A program made the position numbers and the translations under genes. The notes beneath the pieces were generated by a model that was given only the letters and a program-made list of their open reading frames with translations, did not search any database and was not told where the DNA came from. Below are positions 56,479 to 64,000 of a stretch of DNA of 64,000 nt, one piece after another. Origin of the DNA: Trichoplax adhaerens (lineage: Eukaryota > Animalia > Placozoa); contig NW_002060973.1 in assembly GCF_000150275.1 (NCBI RefSeq), forward strand, positions 271,555-335,554, read 5' to 3'. How positions within the stretch are numbered: the stretch's first letter is position 1; every line of letters starts with the position of its first letter.

Positions 56479-57099
56479 TCAGAAGAGATCAGAAAATTTA
56501 CGATGTACTACGCCTCTTTTCTTGGCTATATCGCGCTCACTTTCTTCGTTAATGCATTTGAAAATATCATCAACCATATGACTTAAAGGAGCGCGGAAAG
56601 TGCTTTTATCGGTAACCGTAACTTCATCGCCATAGACATTTTCTTCATTGCAAAGTAGCTGTAAATCTTCTCGTGAGACGCATCTGTATTGGATTAAGTC
56701 CGTTTTATTACCCAACACTATTATTGCACAATCGTTCTCTTTTCGAACGCTTTTAATTTCTTGTACCAACATTTTAGCAATATTGAATGATTCAAGCCTA
56801 TCCACACTGTACATGATTATAAAGCCAGCGCATTGATCGATAAAATGTCGAGGTAATCGCTTGTGATGATAAGAGATGTTGCTTCCAGCTGTATCCAGTA
56901 ACTTCAATTTAATTTTATCCACGGATAGAGATGATGCTACGTGTAAAATATAACTATCTTCCAGGGTAGGTTCATATTTCGTATTGATATCGTAGTAACC
57001 TTGAGTTAACAAGTGTATCATTGCAGTTTTACCAACTTTTTCATCGCCAATGACGCATACATCACTCCAACCCTTTATCAACGTTGGCGATCTCGACAT
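56479..57099 (-). CDS. Intronless atypical Ras-family small GTPase (RERG/RASL/Di-Ras/RasD-like), no CAAX
   Basis: G1 GDEKVGKT, G2 YEPTLEDSY, G3 DTAGS and G4 NKTD are present, as is GFIIMYSVDRLESF. The 206-aa ORF is uninterrupted. Confidence 0.88.
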   Translation of the reverse strand: MSRSPTLIKGWSDVCVIGDEKVGKTAMIHLLTQGYYDINTKYEPTLEDSYILHVASSLSVDKIKLKLLDTAGSNISYHHKRLPRHFIDQCAGFIIMYSVDRLESFNIAKMLVQEIKSVRKENDCAIIVLGNKTDLIQYRCVSREDLQLLCNEENVYGDEVTVTDKSTFRAPLSHMVDDIFKCINEESERDIAKKRGVVHRKFSDLF

Positions 57100-57795
57100 T
57101 TCAGTAGGCTACTAGTCCAACTTTTCTTCTTCAAATGTGGATTTCAAATAAAGATAAAACTTTGTAAATCAATAAAAGCCAATACTGTACATTAGCAGTT
57201 TCTACCAAAGCAAAAACTTTACGGCTGTTTGATTATAATGACTCTACCGTACTTAATTCTCTTGTGCCAGACTAGTATACATACACAATCGCATAGTGTG
57301 CATCATATTATAGACTTTTTGATCAAGTGAGCCCTTGTGATGAATACGGCACTGTGCAATTATGGAATGATTAAAGGCATGCACTGTGCATACCCATGTA
57401 CTTTTCATCGATACCATATACGGCCCACAAATTTCGCCATTCTCATGTTACCTACCGTATACTGTCATGAGAATACGTTGAAATTTGGTTTGCCGCAGTT
57501 ACGACATAACCACTTTTTTTAATACGCTTTACCATCATGAACGAGATGTAGCTATAAGGATGAGAATTTAAAGAATCGTTCAATATCTTAACATAGTACT
57601 ACGGGCATGCGATAAGTAAAGGTAGGAAAAATTGATAGCTATAAATACAGAGTTGCTAATTGACATCTGTATTAAGTAAATAAGAAGACACCTACAAATA
57701 CTGTTCATCACTGAGCGAAATTGCTGCTACAGTGCATTGCAGAAAGCCATTTGGTACCCTACTACAGAATGCAAACGTTCGCTTCTCTCAAGTCG

Positions 57796-58014
57796 AACAG
57801 CATATGATTGTAGTATAGAGACGTGATTCGTGAAAAAAAAGTTTACTGATATTTCACACACCATGGATACGAGTATAGCATGGTATTGCATATCGTGCAC
57901 ATTTTAACAGCATATGATTGTAGTATAGAGATGTGATTCGTGAAAAAAATTTTACTGATATTTCACACACCATGGATACGAGTATGGCATGGTATTGCAT
58001 ATCGTGCACATTTT
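57796..58014. repeat. ~110-bp near-perfect tandem duplication
   Basis: AACAGCATATGATTGTAGTATAGAGA...TATCGTGCACATTTT x2. Confidence 0.93.
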
Positions 58015-59976
58015 ATCGTCACAGATGAGAGTTGGTGTTAATGGGCAATCAAACACTAGTTGCATCAGCAGTAAATATTTCCCAAAATTTCCATGATAAT
58101 AAATACAAAATCGTTGTAGGTACAGACTAAAACCACTACTGAAAGGATTTCGTATATGCAGATTATGTACTGCAGGAATGAATTAATTAAACAGTACACA
58201 AAGGTACGAAATTGATAGTAACGCTTACTAAATTATACACCACCTGACAGCATCGTACTATTAAATTGTGTAAGACTAAAATATAAACTAGCCCATTCAT
58301 TTTCTTTACAGACGATAAGCAAAGTTCATACAATGTATAATTTGTGCCCAATTTCTAACCTGTGCTGTAGGAGACGACAACAGCAGTTGTGTTTATTAAC
58401 AAATATACTCATATATGCGTATACATATATAATACATTACAGTACTATTCTAGATATCATTTTAAAGCTATTAATGATTTAAGTCAGAGTTAGTTTAGTA
58501 ATTATAGAAAACAATTACTGTATTGGCGATATTACAATGTAAGTCATACTGGATTATGATGGTCGAAATGAAAACACAAATTAACATCAGGAGACAGGAG
58601 TAAATGCTCCAAGCCGCATTCTAATCGAACAAGTTTAAAATAACCATTTTACATTTTACGTCATACATCGACACATTAACAGCCTCCTAAGTAAACTTTG
58701 TGCTCTCCACCTCAAACAACAAGGTAGACCAATAATTGTAACAGGCTTAAATCGTCAGGTTATACAGTTAGAGCAATTGCTTAATCTCTGACAGGTATCA
58801 TAAGGTACCAACAGAAGGCAGGTAGTGATTCGAATTAGCCCTCGAGCACCTTGTCATGCATTATCACATGTTGTATATTGCGTCATCGCCAGCTGGATAA
58901 GCAGAGGTTCTCAGTGTATTTACAATACGAATGGCGTACATATGATGAATATACAAAGACAATGCAATGACACTGCTAGCGAATCGCTGCAAAACTTACT
59001 TTGCATTTAAGGGCATGCAAAGTCGTATAAATAGAAAATAGCCTTGTTAATAAAAAAACTCCAGCGGAATTCTTATATTGTGCAGTAAACTATGTTACAT
59101 TACTGTAATGTATACCTTATGTTGATTCTGTTATTTAAAGTAATCATTTCCTGCGAATCACTTCACCTGAAATACCTATTTCACTTACAGCTGTGATAGC
59201 CAACACAAAACATAATACTCCTATTTTGACCATGTTATCGAAATTAAAGACTGTAAAAAGAGTAATGATATACCATAGCTAATATCATAATAACGTCATT
59301 GGTTATACTATCTCAGCATTTATGGGCTATCAATGCTTATGATCTCTACGTTTATGATGTAACCTATAGTCTAACTTGTACAGATTACAATAACACAATA
59401 CGAAGCATAACTCTAAATTCCGTTGACGAGCTATCAATGTATAAGCTTCAACTTTTCCTTCCAAGATTCGTTAATACAACAAGTTTCTAGCTTCCTAGGA
59501 ACGCCAATAAATTAAAAGAAGCGTAAACTCAAATACAAAATAGCTTGTGTATAAATATGCTTTCGATTATTATTACTAAAGTCTTCATAGATTAAAATCA
59601 GTATACGAGATATCAATATATATACGGTATAAACAACGTATTGAGTTGCATACCCGATAGTCCTTTTCTTTTCTTAGAGAGTACCTCAGATGTTTTACTT
59701 CAATATTAAACAAATAGCACATTACAAATTAGATAACGTATTATTCAAGATACATAATTCTATTCTCAATTGCCACTTAGAAAGTAGTTATGATCAAAAA
59801 TGTCCTTTTCAACTTCAACTACTGGCAATGAGGATGCATCGCTAATATTTATGTAATAAATAGCCAGTTAACAGCTGAATCAATTTGCAATTTTTATCGG
59901 GTGATAACATAACTTTTATTATCTAAAATCGTTGACTGTAGATAAAATCGCTATAATAAACGCAGAAATGGACTAA

Positions 59977-61369
59977 TCAATACCTATTTGAAACTTCATT
60001 ATGCCCATAGTCGCTCGATGCGGTCTGCTTGTCATCAGGATTTAAATCAACATCGCCAATAGTAGTGACAGTAACGAAATGGTCAGGATAATTATAAGTT
60101 ACAGGCGTACTGTCATCGTTTTCTTCTTCAGCTGTTAAGATAGATGAAATCATTGCTCCAGTTATAATGTGAATCAGTAGACATATCATTGTATATCAAA
60201 CTGACTAATCATTGCCTAATAATATGAGGAAATGTTGCTACTAAAGAAATCGGTTTCTATTTTTAAAATTGACGAATGATTTCCAATTTAGCCAGATTAG
60301 CTGGTATACTTATAGACACCAATACTTACCCTTAATTATTTCATTGATGCGTTGCTCACGCTCATGAAGTTTTTGTTCCAATTCCTTTTTCTTCTGCAAG
60401 AGCAAATGGTAAAGCAATCTGTTAGGCAATTTAAACTCATCCTCAAGTAATGTTATCAACATGGTTTAAACATGGGGTGAATGTACACTAGTACAGTGAC
60501 TATGAGTATATTGTACTATCTTTGCTGTCATGTACAAATTATGGATAATGAAATAATGGTTGAGTACTTTTTGTTTGGCATTTCTAATGCAATCTTTCTT
60601 TAATTTTTCCTCCTGCTCTTTAGCCTTCTTTCGTCGCATGTTCTTACGTTTTCTAAATCCCGTTAAATAGTCCCTGTTATATAAATATGCGTAAAAGGAA
60701 TTCAAGTTGATGTTTAATTTTCAATAGCAGATGCCATTCATTCATTATATTATGACTATTTTATGAAACTATAGGCTAATGATAAAATTGACTCGAACTT
60801 AATTTATTCATAAGTGGACTAGTACTGCCTCAACAGATCATGTGGTAGCAATCATTAACACGGAATAAAAGTATCGAGATTTATAAAGCGTGCATCTTGT
60901 ATACGTCTAGTGCAAGCGCATGGTACTTTGTAAGGACAAGAGTTCATCGAGATTGCATTGCTATGATTGCGAAATAAAGGAAATTACTGCACTGGCAGTC
61001 CCTTATTCTCGTCCTTTCGTTGACTTGGTGCCATTAGCAATACACCTATGCATCTTTGATAACTGGGCTAGCTACTTATCAGTAGTAGTGTAGTATGACT
61101 CCTTAAGTACTCGTAGATTTATGAAAAATAGATGATCTATTAATTGCACAGTTGCATTGAACTGCATTGCAATTTGCTGTATGCTATACTGTAACAAGCT
61201 AATTAGTCTTTACAAGTACGTTCGGTACATTACTGCTCGTAATTTGTCTATTACCTATGGTATGTACTGTACATACGTAGATGGAAGTAAAGAGCACTGA
61301 CCTGCGAGAGTCTTCATCAAAAGTGAGGATCAGTTTATCTCTCTTACTTTTTTTACTTTTACCCTTCAT
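59977..61369 (-). CDS. NOL12: Nucleolar protein 12 (Rrp17 family), multi-exon; 3' end uncertain (further exons possible down to ~59430)
   Basis: MKGKSKKSKRDKLILTFDEDSRR|DYLTGFRKRKNMRRKKA is the Nop25/RRP17 signature. It is followed by KKELEQKLHEREQRINEIIK and YNYPDHFVTVTTI. Confidence 0.9.
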
Positions 61370-61638
61370 CGTTATCGAATTATTCTCTGCACGTTGGCCG
61401 TCAATAGAAGCAGCTCGAGCTAACAAGATGCAGATTATCTATCGGTCACCGTAACATACTGTACAGACAGTACAGTACAGTACAGTACAAAGAAAGAGTT
61501 CGTTGATGGAAGAGGATGAATGCTGTAGCTTGTAGTCATACAGTACACAAGACTGACTGTCACGAATACAAGAAAAGAAAAATGTACAGTACTACGCAGT
61601 ACAGTACAGTATACTGTAGTACTGTACACTGTACAGTA

Positions 61639-62862
61639 CAGTAGGCCCAGCCATAATAACCCCGATTACTCAGATACTCGGCGTATTTGAATAATTGGAT
61701 GAAATTTGAGGTACAGACTCCTAGAATAATGTATCTCAGATACTCAGTATATTTGAATAATCGCATGAAATTTGAGGTACAGATTCCTAGAATAATGTAT
61801 CTCAGATACTCAGCGTATTTGCATAATCGCATGAAATTTGAGGTACAGACTCCTAGAATAATGTATCTCAGATACTCAGTATATTTGAATAATCGCATGA
61901 AATTTGAGGTACAGACTCCAAGAATAATGTATCATCGTTTAACCTAGAATAATGTATCTCAGATACTCAGCGTATTTGAATAATCGCATGAAATTTGAGG
62001 TACAGACTCGTAGAATAATGTATCTCAGATACTCAGTATATTTGAATAATCGCATGAAATTTGAGATACAGATTCCTAGAATAATGTATCTCAGATACTC
62101 AGCGTATTTGAATAATCGCATGAAATTTGAGGTACAGACTCCTAGAATAATGTATCTCAGATACTCAGTATATTTGAATAATCGCATGAAATTTGAGATA
62201 CAGATTCCTAGAATAATGTATCTCAGATACTCGGCGTATTTGAATAATCGCATGAAATTTGAGGTACAGACTCCTAGAATAATGTATCATCGTTTAACCT
62301 AGAATAATGTATCTCAGATACTCAGCGTATTTGAATAATCGCATGCAATTTGAGGTACAGATTCCTAGAATAATGTATCTCAGATACTCAGTATATTTGA
62401 ATAATCGCATGAAATTTGAGGTACAGACTCCTAGAATAATGTATCTCAGATACTCAGTATATTTGAATAATCGCATGAAATTTGAGATACAGATTCCTAG
62501 AATAATGTATCTCAGATACTCGGCGTATTTGAATAATCGCATGAAATTTGAGGTACAGACTCCTAGAATAATGTATCATCGTTTAACCTAGAATAATGTA
62601 TCTCAGATACTCAGCGTATTTGAATAATCGCATGCAATTTGAGGTACAGACTCGTAGAATAATGTATCTCAGATACTCAGTATATTTGAATAATCGCATG
62701 AAATTTGAGGTACAGACTCCTAGAACAATGTATCTCAGATACTCAGCGTATTTGAATAATCGCATGAAATTTGAGGTACTGACTTCTAGAATAATGTATC
62801 ATCGTTTAAGCTATTTACGCTGAGTATCTGAGTAATCGGGGTTATAATGACTTGGCCTACTG
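61639..62862. mobile_element. Non-autonomous Tc1/mariner(pogo)-like TIR element containing a 66-bp tandem array
   Basis: The left end is TA|CAGTAGGCCCAGCCATAATAACCCCGATTACTCAGATACTCGGCGTA. The reverse complement of the right end is CAGTAGGCCAAGTCATTATAACCCCGATTACTCAGATACTCAGCGTA (47 bp, 4 mismatches). The right flank is TC rather than TA. There is no transposase. Confidence 0.8.
61668..62810. repeat. 66-bp tandem repeat (~16 units) punctuated by a 25-bp spacer, giving higher-order blocks
   Basis: The unit is CTAGAATAATGTATCTCAGATACTCAG(T/C)(A/G)TATTTGAATAATCGCATGAAATTTGAGGTACAGA(C/T)TC. The spacer CTAGAATAATGTATCATCGTTTAAC occurs at ~61919, 62274, 62563 and 62786. Confidence 0.97.
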
Positions 62863-63167
62863 TCGTTTCTACTGAAAAAGAAAAAGTATTGTACATACTT
62901 CACAGTACAGTTGACACTCACACTGCTCAGGTCTTACAGTACAGTATTGTACTATACAGTACAATGTACTATACTGTACAGAGAATAGTGAACAGTAGAG
63001 ACCCTCTAGTGAACAGTAGATACTGTACAGTACAGTAATTGTTGGAAAAAAATCAATAAAATCAAAATCAAAAATTATTATAATACTGTACAGTAATTAT
63101 AAACTGTAAATGACTGAATTGAGTATCCGCCGATTCCGCTTATTACATACGAAATGAGACGATTTTC

Positions 63168-63217
63168 NNNNNNNNNNNNNNNNNNNNNNNNNNNNNNNNN
63201 NNNNNNNNNNNNNNNNN
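63168..63217. other. Assembly gap (50 N)
   Basis: Run of N. Confidence 1.
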
Positions 63218-64000
63218 AGAGGGGCTACAGGGTAGACAAATCCGTTCAGGCTTTCTTTTTTACTTCGTGGGGCTAATCTCTTGTAACAGCATGCTGATGG
63301 ATTACAAGCATGAGCAGCTGCCATCATCCAGGTCAAAATAGGCTTCTTTCAACTCGGAATAGTGGACATGAATGGACACCAGGTCCTGTCGAGGTTGCAC
63401 TTTCTGTACACAACACATGAGCTGATGGACGAAGAGAGGGGCTACGGGGTAGACAAATCCGTTCAGGCTTTCTTTTTTAACTTCGTGGGGCTAATCTCTT
63501 GTAACAGCATGCTGATGGATTACAAGCAAGAGCAACTTCCAGCATCCTGGTCAAAATAAGCTTCTTTCAACTCTATGCCTTACAGTGGCATGGAATAGTG
63601 GACATGAATGGACACCAGGTCCTATCGAGGTTGCACTTTCTGTACACAACACATGAGCTGATGGACGAAGAGAGGGGCTACGGGTAGACAAATCCGTTCA
63701 GGCTTTCTTTTTGAACTTCGTGGGGCTAATCTCTTGTAACAGCATGCTGATGGATTACAAGCATGAGCAGCTGCCATCATCCAGGTCAAAATAGGCTTCT
63801 TTCAACTCTATACCTTACAGTGGCGTGGAATAGTGGACAGGAATGGACACCAGGTCCTGTTGAGGTTGCACTTTCTGTACACAACACATGAGCTGATAGG
63901 CGAAGAGAGGGGCTACGGGGCAGACAAATCCGTCCAGGCTTCTTAACTTCATGGGGCTAATCTCTTGTAACAGCATGCTGATGGATTACAAGGATGAGCA
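63218..64000. repeat. Near-identical second copy of 44940-45723 (218/236-bp array)
   Basis: Same unit order and same unit-specific indels at an offset of ~18277 bp. Confidence 0.95.

Noticed and set aside
61560-62823. Repetitive 22-aa ORFs on both strands; superficially CRISPR-like array
   Set aside because: The unit length is a multiple of 3 (66 bp), so open frames arise trivially, and the spacers break the frames. There are no unique spacers or cas genes, and the context is eukaryotic.

Overview
AT-rich eukaryotic (animal) genomic DNA. It is gene-dense, with mostly ~70-100 nt introns and one 50-N assembly gap. The gene content and compact architecture suggest a non-bilaterian animal, plausibly a placozoan (Trichoplax-like); this is an inference. 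Spliced genes recognised by reading across exons: ZNF830 (+, with a U12-type first intron), RSAD1/HemW (-), a small secreted acidic-pro peptide precursor (+), a DUF4807-type protein (+), SNU13 (-), non-muscle myosin II heavy chain (-, ~15 kb), GRB2 (-), an intronless atypical Ras-family GTPase (-) and NOL12 (-). The 5.6-10 kb region is a duplication graveyard: a RSAD1 3' pseudogene, a decayed ADAM prodomain copy and an intronless ADAM/M12B gene with a broken N-terminus. Two possible decayed insulin-like precursor remnants lie at ~14 kb and ~18 kb (speculative). Non-coding DNA is dominated by locus-specific tandem duplications of 66-665 bp. It also holds a CAGT-ended non-autonomous Tc1/mariner-like element filled with a higher-order 66-bp array, and clusters of TACAGTA/TACTGTA motifs near promoters that resemble transposon excision footprints. 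Most short ORFs in the supplied track are exon fragments or noise. Gene names come from recognised motifs, not database searches, and repeat boundaries are approximate.
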